Below, in pieces: positions 48,992 through 61,559 of a stretch of 64,000 nucleotides of DNA. Position 1 is the stretch's first letter. Each line of letters opens with the position of its first letter. The position numbers were made by a program, and so were the translations under genes. A model generated the notes under the pieces. The model worked only from the letters and a program-made list of their open reading frames with translations. It searched no databases and was not told the origin of the DNA. The stretch comes from Blasia pusilla. Taxonomy: Eukaryota. The DNA lies in the NCBI GenBank assembly GCA_050084515.1, contig CM114271.1:620001-684000 (forward strand), in the 5' to 3' direction.

Positions 48992-51900
48992 CCATACATA
49001 GGGTACAAACCAAGCGGAACACCTTGCTTTGGTTTTTCAACAACACCACATCTAGTGTCACCTTGGCTCACTCTATCAAGTCAAGTTAGCATATCTACCA
49101 ACTTTGCCAATGAAACCTACCATGATTGAGTGGAGACATCCCGAGCACCTACTCTGAGGGCATGTCCACCACCTTCTCAATGACTACCTCCGAACACAAA
49201 GTATTAACCTCTCCATGCTCACACAATGTGACAGCCAATTGGAACACCTCTGCTCATTCAACTCCCAATGTTGCCAAGTCCAACCATATAGGAAAACAAT
49301 GGAGCCTAACTCACCCTAATGGCCATCTCTGATAAAGTAGTTGATACTAACTCCACCTGAGCTGACATAGAAGTCGCCTCTCCAACTCTTTGTGACGTGG
49401 ACACACTTGTTACACTTGTGGGTACCGTTGGTCATCTAGCTAAGCACCATCATTAATGGTGTATGTCATGCCTCCAACAATGTAAAAGACAATGGAACCC
49501 TATCCTATTTCCCATTTCTCCCCTTGTGTGGGTCTATCTCAATCCCAACTCTCTATGTCTTGGTCACTCCCATAGCACCTCAAGTCACCACAACAATAGC
49601 CTCTACATGAGCCGCACTATAGATAAATCTCAAACTAGCGTAATCCTCCTCCCTTGTATCTTCATACGACGTAGAGGTTGGAGCTAAATTAGCTACTCTT
49701 GGCTTTGTGTCAATCATTGTTTGGGTCATTTTCATGTCAAAAATCCTCATCTCCAATTCATTGATACAAGCGAGGACCGCTATGTAGAGTGCACCATCAC
49801 CGTCATCTCCTGTGATTGATGGTGGAACTCCACCATCACGGTTATCAGCTCCTCACCCTCCACCAACTCTCTCATCCTTAGGCCCTCAACCTACCTCTAG
49901 ACGTATCTCTTGGCAAAGATTAAAACACCTATCCCTATTATGATCATATTGGTAACAACAATCAAACTCAAGCTATAGTGTGGCCATTCTATATGGCTCT
50001 TGAACAATGAGAGGCGTCCTCAATCCTCTACCATGATGTGGGCAATCCCTTTGCCTATGGGATCCACCGCACATCCAACAAGCCAAAATTGATCCTTGCT
50101 AGCCAATGTATGTCGACACAAGTTGTTGTCTCATGTGCTCACAATACCGGCCCTGCTCTGGGGGCACACCGGCCTACTCTCGTGGCATTGGTGCACGTTG
50201 GGGCACTCATGCATCCATTGAATCTTATGGGAATCCTGCTCCTCACTCATTTTGAGTTCAATCTACTAAGACAATTGAATAACCCCTTCAATATGGGATT
50301 CAAGCTTCAATATACATGTGAGGCAAAATTCCATCCAAAACTCTCCTTCACACCTCTCAATCTAGAACCTTGTACCAATACTAAATTGCATCTACCTTAG
50401 TCACTCCATGATGGCAATGATCAATCACTGTTTGCATCAAACGCCTCCTATAGACTCTCACCTAATCTCAATTGAAACTCCCATAGACTATTCAGCTTGT
50501 TAGTTTGCACGCCTTGGTAGCTCCTCCCCAACTCTCGGAGTAACTCCACCATAGGACTGAAACTAGGCAACCCTCTACCACCTTAGGTCTTTATCATCTC
50601 ACAACCATTACTTTTGTTATCTCCATCTAGTCCTTGGGCTAATGATGTGGATCTAACTGCTCTCACTACCCCATCATATGTCTCATAACTGCTAGTGGAC
50701 ACATATCTTGGAGCCTAATACACCTTCCAAGCATCAATCTCTAGTGCGTGGAAAGACCAAACTCACAATAATCATCTATTGAAAATCCCTCTAAATGCTA
50801 GAATAAACCCTTTCACACCATGAAAGGATTGAAGGGCATAGGAAATTGTATATCCTAGAAATCACACCTTATGTCAAAGTCTTGGATGAAGTCATCAAGA
50901 TTAAGGGTGCCTACTGCATTCGAGAAATGACGCATGCCCCTGTGGCTGATATTGTCCATCTCTCCCCACGTAATAATGTCTCTGTCTGCGATCTTATCAC
51001 TAGATCCTCTATCTCGTGATGATGATCCAAACACGAATGATAGTCGAGCTGGTTCCTCACTTGAAATCCCTCAATAGCTTACTTTGGCCCGTTCCTTGTA
51101 ATACCACTATCACTGCTCAAACCATATACCCTGTTCTTCTTAACCTTGGAAGAACATCGTGATTGCAACCCTACCTCACATGCATACTCACACACCCAAG
51201 CATTTGGACTTACTTAGAGTCTTCCGCATCTTTACTAGCTCACCTATGTCAATGCTAGTCCCATGATGACACATAATTGTCCTCATGCGCACTCAATCAC
51301 TTGAGCCCACACCGAGCCTCTCGTACTAACTCACCTAAACTATCAACAACCTTGGATTATACACACGACCCCCACTAGGACAACAACCCTATACCCACAA
51401 ACACGCTACATACACAAAGAGTCTACACTCAACACCATCGCTACACCCATCTAGAACTAGCTCTATCCAATACCCAACACCTCCAATGACACAAGATAAG
51501 TGTGGGAAAGGGACTTGAATGGATAATCTGAACATGCACGCAATCACTCTATCGCCTAATCAATATTGAGTCTTCCATGTGGTGCAGTAACCTTTTTGGC
51601 ACGACAATCTCATCGAACCTTTTGTGAACCGATGCGGACTACCCGTCGGTATTGGTGCATGTGTATTTATCTCTAGCCCTCCGTTGCAAACTCTCGGCGT
51701 GAATAACCCATCTCAATACTAGCAAGTCAAAATTATGTCAACGATTTGCAATGAGGGGCAAATCTCGCCACAAATCGCAATATGCACTTGGAAACACCAA
51801 GTCGTAAAAATCATGGAGAAACCTCTCCAATCAACTGCCTATCCTCTTGGAGGTTAGGTGGTCAATCCTATTATGTTGGATTTCTTGACCACGTAGCTAC

Positions 51901-54900
51901 AATATCATGTCTCATTCCATTGTCATGACCATATGGATTATGTTGTAAAGTATAGTGTGCTAGTAGAGGCCATACCTTATGTAGGGCCGTAGTGTCTAGG
52001 TAGAGATGCAATTTCATACATAGGGTTGGGGGTTACTCAGTTGAGGGTGACTTTCCCAGTAGGGCCCGCTCTTAGGTTGGAGGATATAGTGTGGAGTGCA
52101 CTCAAAGAACAGTTAGTTCTTTGAGTTGAGCATGTTGCGTTGGGAGTTAGCCTTGGTAGTGAGTAGAGCTCTTGGTTATGATGGTTCCCGCAAGCTTCGA
52201 CCTAGATTCTTCCATCAGGGAGTGGGTTTGGCTTGATTGTATGTGATTCTATACGTGTTTTATGACAGTAGGTCTTTCACGGATTTCACTCAAAGAATTG
52301 GAGTAGATCAATGGTAGCTTCGATCGTGGATCAGTAGGATCTGGTTAGGGCTGATTGTGTACTCATCCATGGATATTCGTGGCTTGTGGCCTATGTTGGA
52401 GGTGGAAATATGATGCATGGTTGGTTGGGAAAGAAGCGCCATTTTGAGAGCTTTTCAACGCCCTTTAGATCGCCATATTTTGTCAAGGGAGTTGGAAGTT
52501 ATCAAGGATTGAAGATTCTGGTTCGTGTTCGACGGTTTTCTGATATGGAGAGCTTGGAGTGCGAAAGCTCTGTTGAAGTTCATCCAGATCAGGTGAGAGG
52601 TTCCTATTGCTATGTGTATTGTGATCTCATGTGAAGCTATCTTCTTGAGTGTGTGGAGTGTTGCGGATTTCTGTGTGCATGAATCTGGGCGGAAGCGCTG
52701 TCGGATTTGCGATTCTGGAGGTGTATGGATAGCAAGTTTGTCTGATGTTTAGCTCGGAGTACACATCTCAATTGTAGCTGATTTTTTGTGGAGAGATAGC
52801 TATGGTGGTCAATTGAATTCAAGTTGAAATAGATTCAATTTTGGTCTAGGATTTGTGAAGTACTTGTTGATCAAAATTTTGTGGACTAGCTCAAGGTCTG
52901 GCTATGGTGGACAGCAGATCGGAGGGGCTGGTTGGTTGGTGACTCGTTCGTTGTTGGAGACGCCTATCCCATTGGGGGCGCCTTGGTTGGGCCTCTCTCC
53001 ATAGCGAAGCATGGCGAACGAGGCATGTCTCGAGCATTTTGAGGCTTCGAGGCAACTCGTGGTAGCTCGGGACGAGTGGGCGTGAGAAGCGGAGGAAGGA
53101 GCAAGGAGCAAGCAAGCAAGCTTGCTTGCTTGGGCATAAGGCAGTTTTTGCAAGAATTGTGAGTTGAGTGTTGCATAACTAGTCACCCATCTTTGGGCTA
53201 TTCTGCCTGGAAGACACTTAACTGCTAAGTTCTTAACTATGCCAATGTAGACACTAGTGTAGCTCATTTGGTGCTGTTCGGAGATGTGCTAGGCGCTTTA
53301 TGCATCTTGGGTTTTTGGTTGATGGACCTCTAGCGCATAGTACGGTGTAGCCTCTCCATGCAGGTGATATTTTTAGGTGTTGCAAGCCCGACTAGCACGT
53401 CATCGACCCGTGGCGGAGTAGCTATTGCATTAGAATTTTGTGGTGGGTTCTGGCGATTCAGGGAGCGCCACGTTTGGTGGATTGTGTTACCTTGATTTCT
53501 ATTTGCGATTGAAGGGTTGTTGTTGGACTTCCTATGTTTGGATCCCCTCCATCGTTGCTTCTTGCTTGCGCGCCCATTATTAGGGTTGACGCTGATTTCC
53601 AAAGTAGTTTTACTCATGTGTGCTACCGGTAGTGAGGTTGGAGTGATGACCAATAGACCGTGGGAGGCTTCTTGTGGTGATGACATGTTAGGTTGCCTAC
53701 ACCCATAGCTAGTAGAGCTAGAATAGTACGGCGACATCGACGTCACTTGGTTACTTTGTGGTTGTGATTTGGTGGTGGTGCGGCATCGGCGTTGGTCATC
53801 ACATAACTGTCTGGTGGTCTGGTTGGGGACCGTGGTGTAGATAGTGGTGGTTTTACATGGAGTGGATTAAGGTATCGGCTACGTTTTCCACTTCCGAAAA
53901 GGTGGCGACGGAAGTCAAAGAATCAACAAACGTCGTGGAAGACCCTCCACTTCGTAATGGCGGCAATGGCAACCAAAGGGTGGACAACGGACGGTGGGCC
54001 ATTGACGGTAACGATTGACCGTTGATGGTGACGGTGACCGTTGACCATTGACCAATGATGGTGATGGTTGACCATTGACGGTGACTATGACGGTGGCGGC
54101 TGGTTTAGGGTTTGAACAATTTAACCCTAAAAATTACCTAACAATGGAAGTTTTGCAAGATTGACCATAACTTTTTGCTCGCAACTCCAAATTATACATT
54201 GTTTGTTGCATAGCATGCACAACTTCACAATCTACGATAATGTTTAAAAATATTTAGAATCAAACATTCCAATAAGAATTGATGGGGATTGTTGTAAAGC
54301 CCAATGTCTCTTTCTCCTACACAAAATTTGGCAGCGCTTCCGTCCTGATTTCTCCCAAAAAAATGTAAAACCTATAAAAATACAAATCAACAAGCTACAT
54401 GGTGCTCCTGAGAGCACCAGCATGGGGCAATCCGCCCCCATAATCAATCCCTATACAAAATTGGGCAGCGCTCCCGCGCGCCACTCTTCCACACAAAAAA
54501 TCGGCAAATGGAAACAACAATCAAAGCAGCCCTTGCTCTGATGAGCACTCCCATGAGCCTCTGAATGGGGAACACGGTCCCCAACCTGCAAAAACAGCGA
54601 GTGACCAGCGAGCTCCCCCATAAAGCTCTCTCACTCTCTCATTCTCTCTTTGTAAAGTAAGATCCAATCTCTCTCTACACCATCTCACACCATAGCTCTC
54701 AAAGGTGTGCACTCTCTCTCATGTCAAACCAAACCCACCCTTCTAATGGGAGGATTGGGTTACACTCATAAGGCAAGGGACCATAGCTCCGCCGCCTTAT
54801 GCCAAGAGATTCAACAAAGAGAGAATGAGCTCTCAAGCTCTCTCTCTCTCTCCTTGAGATATACTCCTTCCCTCTCCCAAGCTCTCTCCATGGTAACCTA

Positions 54901-55168
54901 TGCTCCCAAGTCACCTCCTTGACTCTTGACCTGATGTAGGAGGTCAAGGTCCACTTACAAAAAATATAAATTTGATCACATACTCAAAATGGTACTTACC
55001 TAAAATAGTAAGTTCCTCAATATGGCTCCAAATGAGCCGAAACGAAAGGGAAACCTGCTCTCTTTCAAGTTTTCCGGGGCCTCAGCAGGTCATCTTCAAC
55101 CTACTGAGCCTGTCCTCCACTACTCACAAAAGCTCTCTACTAGATCTCACCGATCTATCCCTAGAGAC

Positions 55169-55170
<2 letters not shown>

Positions 55171-55230
<60 letters not shown>

Positions 55231-55338
55231 GTGAGTGAGTGAGTGAGTGAGTGAGTGAGTGAGTGAGTGAGTGAGTGAGTGAGTGAGTGAGTGAGTGAGT
55301 GAGTGAGTGAGTGAGTGAGTGAGTGTGAATGAATGAAT
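55171..55338. repeat. Compound microsatellite (GA)n(GTGA)n(GAAT)n
   Basis: Seen directly; abuts the LINE 3' end. Confidence 0.97.
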
Positions 55339-57421
55339 AGATTTATTGTCCACGGGGATCCCATAGGGCTATGGGACTTAGTTTTGAGACTTAACAACAA
55401 TTTTGAAGAGAAAGAGCAAGCACCAACAAGGGCCTAAGGGGTCCTCTGAGCCAAGTGAGTGTCTTTGGTCTTCACACAACTATGCAAGAATTTAGCAATC
55501 TTAATTTGATTCTGCTAGCCATGAATGCGAGGACCTTGGGAGCCCGATGATCAAAGAGATCCGGGAAGTCAAGCCTAATGTAATTGTGAAAGGTGCAGTC
55601 AAAGAGGTAGTGATGTTCATCATCAATGAGCCCCAAGTTGCAAAATCTACATAATCTATCCTCCCTTTTCTTCTGTGAGAATTTTCCTTTCTCAATCTCA
55701 AGGTCAGTAGAGCCACATCTGAATCTCGCTAATGTATGACGTAACTTAGTGGGAATGGGGGCAGTGATGTAAGAGGCTTGCTGCATGGATCTGCAACTGT
55801 TCATGAGGGTGTGGTAGCGCCTCATTCTTTCACCATTTTTGTGAGATGAATTCCCCTTGCTTTCCCACAGACGCTGATGTCGGCCCCGATTGATGGCAAT
55901 GTAATTGATGTGTAATTGTTCAGCAAGGTCCTGGTGGGTGGCCGTAGGCAGGTCGCCGATGGATATTCCCCATTTCATGAGCCACTTCGTGCAGTCATAG
56001 TACCAATTTTTAGCCCCAAGAATGGCACTACGTTTTGAAACCACATAGGCCGTGGAGGATAGACGATTGGGATAGTCCTCGCAGACATCCTCGAGGTGTT
56101 GGAGAAATGTGATCAAATTTTTAACAACATGGATCTCCATTGATACCTCCCCAAACTCAGCCCATAGAATGTCATGGGGAGTGGTTTTCTTAATGCCTAG
56201 ACTCTAATGTATGAAGAGTTTCTGGGCAACCTCAAGGCCCTGGGGCCAAGCCTTGGGGCTAGGGCCCCACACCTTAGATGCATAGAGTGTGGCTGGGATC
56301 ACCAGAGCTTTGAAGAGATGGAGTTTTGTGAAATATGCTAGAGTTCCATTCTTCTGCAATTGGATTGTAGCGGGTGTAGACCCCTCAAGCTTGCATTGAT
56401 CTTGTTGCGACTCCCATTGGTTCTCCATTGGTTGTTGGGTTTGAGTTGCACCTCAAGTATATGTACTAACCCACAATCTTAATGGTCTCCCTTCTCAGTC
56501 CCTGGCTGAAGGTGAAAGTGTGTGACCGCTGTGCCGTAGGGAGCTGTGATCCACAGATGATTATCTTCATTTTCAGCAAGTTGACTTCCATGCCCGATTT
56601 GTTGCATAAGCTTGATAGTGCATTCAGGTAAAGTTGGAGCCCATGTGCCGTTCTAGACATCATAACTATATCATGTGCGTACAACAGCAGGGGGATGAGG
56701 CAATGTGCTAGCTCTGGCGGATCTCCATTCACTCCAAAGAGCACCTCTTCAAGTTCATCAATGTAGAGCCCAAAAAATGTAGGTGAGAGGGGGCATCCTT
56801 GTTTGACTCCGGTGTTGGAAGATAAAGTTTCAGATCTGCCCCTCTTAGTGGCAATTTGTGCAAACACCTGAGCATATAAGACCTTGATTGTTGTAAGTTA
56901 TTGTGGTGGGACACCCAACTCTTCAAGTCGTTTCCAAAGAAGTGGCCTTGGGACTGTGTCAAATGCCCTCTTGAAGTCTACAAAACAGCAGAACAATTTA
57001 CCCAACTTGTGACCAATTCTCAACTTGAAAGTTTCTTCAATCCGTGCTCTGAGTGTGAGAAGGTCATCCAAGGTGCTATGTGAGTGTCAAAAACTTGCTT
57101 GTCCTCTGGCACGCACCTTCTTTTCTTCAACCCAGTCGCTGATTTTCCTTTCCAGCAGTAGCTCGTACAACTTGGCCATGAGGGAGCTCACCATGATTGT
57201 CCTGTAGTTGGATGGTACATTGGGTCTCCAGCCTTGAAGAGTGGGTAGATCGTATTCATTTGCCATTATGGTGGGAAGCCTTGTTGAGCTGTAGTATTGA
57301 ACATTCTGGTAAGGGTTGGGCCAATTGCCTCACTACGAATTTGAACATCTGAGCCTGGCACCCTAGGACATCCTCCAGTTTGTTATGTAGCCTTTTGAGG
57401 CATGATGTGACATCTTCAATG
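55227..57421 (-). mobile_element. 5'-truncated non-LTR retrotransposon (RTEX/RTE-like LINE)
   Basis: RT motifs NYRTIMVSS, FVDFKRAFDTV, GVKQGCPLSPTFFGLYIDEL, LLYAHDIV. C-terminal LARFRCGS.DLEIEKG...RLCRFC...DDEHHYLFDC zinc finger. AATAAA followed by a (TTCA)/(CTCA)n tail. Frameshifted. Confidence 0.9.
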
Positions 57422-58237
57422 GAGAGAGAGAGAGAGAGAGAGAGGGAGGGAGGGAGGGAGGACATTATGATACTCAAACCCTTCTTCAAGTTCTAAAACC
57501 GCCAAGTCAAAATGTAAGATCCATTATATAGTCTTCCACAAAAGATGGTACGTTCCCATTTGAAGAAGGATTAAAAGTTTATAAGAGTGGAATAGAGAGA
57601 TCCCAATGGTCAAACCACCTTTGAAAACTAGCCAATATTTCTATCCCAAAACTAAATTTTAAACTAAAAAATTAAGCCCCAAAATGGTTTTTTTTTAAAT
57701 ATGCAACCCCGACATGGGACTTTCTCCCATATAATCGAGTCCCGATAAATGCATGATAGTAATTTGACACGCCCTATTTTGTGGACGTAAAACTTTTAAG
57801 GTCCCGCCCGGACATCTGTCCGTCATCCTCTGCACAACTCGGCAACCGGATACAAAGGTCACTCATACTGTGCAGACAAACTAGTAAGAAAGGGTTGGAC
57901 AGCACTTCCGGTCTTCCGGTCGGCCACCGCGCTGCCCGAGGGCAGTCCGTCCGTCTCCGTCCGCCCACCGCGTGCGCCGGAAACGCACACGTATGTACGA
58001 CGTAAATGGGCGCGGCTCCTGTAATACAGAGTAAAGCGCTGAAGGAGCAACCATAGCTGCAAGAGCTTTGCAGAAGGCGGACTCTGTGCAGCGTGTTTAG
58101 AATGGTCTCAAATCGCAGGCAAGGGGGAGTCGCGTGAGCCATTCCTTGGCGATGTCGATTGCGATGTGCTTGTGAGCGCCTGCTAATCATTTCAGCGCGC
58201 GAAGTAGGAGCAGTTAGGGGGGAATTGGAGGTCGGTG

Positions 58238-60748
58238 ATGGCTATGGCATCAGCAGGATTGACGGTGCCTTTCACGGGGGTTTTGTCCGGGTTTTCGTTG
58301 CAATCGGGACTGCCGGGCTCGGTTTTCTGCCAGAAGTTGTGTTGTCTGCGTCGGAATGTCAAGGCGCCGCTTGTAATTGAAGCGGGCGGAAGGAATGGAG
58401 GTAGTCGAGTGTCCACGGCGAAGCAGACGAGAGTGAAGATGTCGGGAGACAGGACCGCGAAGGCTGGAGCCGTTGCCAGCGTTCAACAACGTGCCCCTAA
58501 GGTACACAGCGCAATTGTGTTTTTATTCTCGGTTTTTGAGGCAGTTCGGGATTCTGGTCTTGCTCTATGTCGTCGTGCACATCTGGCAGGGTGTGGAGAA
58601 AGAATTCTCATTCGAATGTAGCGTATCGTAGAAGGACGGCTACAGAGTGTGACGCGACAGATTTGCGTCATCGAATTTTGCTGCTTTTGATTAGACTGAC
58701 CGACATTCAAACAGAGACTTATTTTTTCTTTATTTGTCGTCTTTTTCACGGTGAAATGCAGAGGACGAAACAAGAAGAAGAGGATGAGGAGGATGCATTA
58801 GCTGAAGCAGCACTGGAAGCTCTGTTTGCGCAATTGGAGAAGGATTTGGAAGAAGGAGGAATGTCAGAAGATGATGACGATAATGAAGATTTTACTGCGG
58901 AGGAGGTTCTGGCTCTTGAGGGTGAATTACAAGCAGTCCTTATGGGATTAGATGATTATGAAGGGACCGCCATAGATGTGGAAACAGAGGAGTTAGATGG
59001 AAGAGCCACTGCGAGTGACCAAAACATTGTGGCAGTTGAACGAGAGGATGAGGTGGGTCCTTTCGATGAGGAGGAGGAAGAGGAACAGAGAGTGGTGAGC
59101 TTGGAAACTTGGCAGCTAAAGAAGCTGGCCGCTGCTGCCTCCCTCGGACGGCGTCGCGTAAATGTAAGATTCTTAGTCGATGCGGGAATGGTTGAAGACA
59201 CAGCATTGGGCGTTATTACGATAAGCTTTGGCCAATATCGCCTGACAGTTGAAATGTTCCTAATTATAACGTTCAGCTTCTCTCAAGTCTTATCATCACC
59301 AAGTTAGGGTCGCCACCTTAGAAAGCCACAACTACCGAAGATGATTTTTTTAAACTTTCTGTGTCTTTTCCAATGTGTGATTCAATGATTCCTGACACCA
59401 AGAGAAGGCTAATTCAATTGACCAATCTAATAGCAGTTTTCAGTATGGCCGTCAGAACAAATTTCTGAAATAGGGCCAGTACCTGTAATAATGTTTTTCT
59501 AAACCCTTTTTTTCATAGACTCCATCCGCCTAAGTGAGATATTGGATTCATAGTCGGATCGATACTCCTCCTTGGTTACCAGATGGACTTTTTGAGGCTA
59601 TTTGTTTCTTTTGTTTTGTAGAGACGTTGAAACAGTGGCAACGTAACTCAGAAACTTCAGAATGAAAGTGGATTGCCGTTCTCAGTTATGATATGTTGGT
59701 TGCCAGATAAAAGCTCTAGCTGCGGAGGTTGGTCTGGACAGGGGTGATGTTCTTGCTTGGTTGAAGAACCCACCTCCTGAGCTTCTCATGCTAGGTGCAA
59801 CCATGTCTGAAGATGATAACCTGGATGCAGCCAAAGTAGCTCTCTCAACAGAAGCTACATCAAATTCTTCAAATAGCTCAACCTCATCCAAGGAGACAGA
59901 TGCAGAAATCTCAGGCTTTGGAACATGGTACAACCAGAAGCGTTTGCGAAAGGAACATGTTGCAACTTTTGAGCGCGTTTTCCGTCGCACCAAACGACCT
60001 ACTGTAAGCAGTGAACTGTTATCTTTATTGTCTCTCGTCTTTCTCTCTCTTGTCTTTCTCTGAAATAATGAGAATAATAAAAGTCATAGGTGCACATATT
60101 TCAGGCTACTTCATAAGAGGTTTAAGTGTCTGATATGATGCAAGTGTAATCACAGAATCTGTTGTAAGGGTATCCTACCTTTCAGCTTTTGTCCAAGCTG
60201 TGACGAGGAAGGCATCACCAAAATAGCAAGAGTCTTTTGTGCTACTGTTTTGTACTTCCTTCCACCTCTTGTTCAGTGGTGAACAAGTCGGTTTTGCCAT
60301 TTCTAGATCCCATCAGTTCTAGTTGACAATGGGTTACTTTGTCTATATCACAAGTTCTAACCTTTTATCAATGCCTGATGTACGTTTTGTGGTTATTGCA
60401 CTTGATTCTATCTTGGTGTCTCCTTTTTGTAACCAGCACTGAGGAAAAAATCAATTTGTGCGGCTTCCAGAAGCAGAAACTCAGCTTTTTGCCAGTGCTT
60501 GTTACTATTTTGGCTTTACAAGTTGTTTCTGGACTGTGATCCAGACAGAAATAATTGACATCATTGAGAGAGGCAGATTGCTTGTGCTAGGAATGGAACT
60601 GACTCTGGATGGGTGGGATGCTTTGCAGAATTCTATGATCCAGAACTTGGTAGAGCTCACACATGTTCCACGGAAGCGGATTGTGGAGTGGTTTGATCAG
60701 AAGAGGCAGGAAGTTGAACCTTCTCGCACTTTTGAGCCATTGAGATGA
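58238..60748 (+). CDS. OCP3: OVEREXPRESSOR OF CATIONIC PEROXIDASE 3-like homeodomain protein, about 360 aa, with probable plastid transit peptide
   Basis: Exons 58238-58501, 58762-59163, 59707-60003 and 60629-60748, all phase 0 with GT-AG borders. Motifs ALEALFAQLEKDL, acidic tract, WQLKKLA..LGRRRVNIKALAAEVGLDR..VL.WLKNPPP.LLM, KRLRK....TFERVFRRTKRPTNSMI..LV..T.VPRKRIVEWFDQKR. Confidence 0.9.
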
Positions 60749-61559
60749 CAAAGGAAGTAAGGACTACTAGAAAATTGTTGGAAGTATATTGTTTCCAAGA
60801 GGGTTTTACTTGTTAATCCCCAACCAGAGCACTGACTCTCATTGACCTTCTAATATTGAGCATGTTGCGACCAGAGCTTCCTAATCATGGACTCTGTGCT
60901 CTAAATAGTTGGAAAGAGATGGATTCTCACCAAACAGTGAAGTGTTACCATAGGCTTACCAGACAGTGGATCAGCAAAACTTCTTTTCATGACATTCTCA
61001 AGAAAGCCTTCACATTAGTTAAAATAGCATTAGTTACAAAGTTGCATTAGTGAATGAACTGATGTTGTTGTAGTATCCAATGGCCAAATCTTCAGAGGAA
61101 GAGATTGGCCTAATAGCCAGGCAATGATAGAAACCCTTTCTGCTTTGCAACAAACCATGTAGGTAGGTGACAATCAGTTTTGTAGTTTGAGGTGTATGGA
61201 TGTGGGTTATTGTATATTATGAAGAAGAGAAGAAATAAGGAAATCAAAGTGACATGATTGAGGAAGCATAGGATTGCTTGATTGAAAGAAATTGAAGGTG
61301 GGTTTGTCTAACATGAGGGAATAAGGTTGTCATAAAGAAGCATAATTCATCTCCATGCACAGTTTGAACTCAACTTTTCAAATTTCAATTGGTCTTATCT
61401 CTTTTCATTTTATGTCATGAGAACATCATACCTTTAATTTTGTGTCATGTGCAGGCTTATTAGTTCATAAGGGTTTTCAAATACCTCCCAAATAGGTTTT
61501 TCTTGTAACTTATTGAAATGCTTGCACTACATCAAAGTGGGGTCAAAAGGCATAACTAA

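Larger units (their letters stand above)
46689..55172 (-). mobile_element. DNMT retroelement, copy 2 (older and more decayed)
   Basis: 5' region ~53900-55172 is homologous to ~26600-28034. Gag remnant RGMRHFSNAVGTLNLDDFIQDF (~50880-50960), knuckle (~49900-49970), protease remnant (~47650-47820), DNMT motif I LDTTPIV...VRVLDLF (~47030-47100), then a deletion to the 3' terminus TGTTATGGGCATATACATCGCT. Confidence 0.8.
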
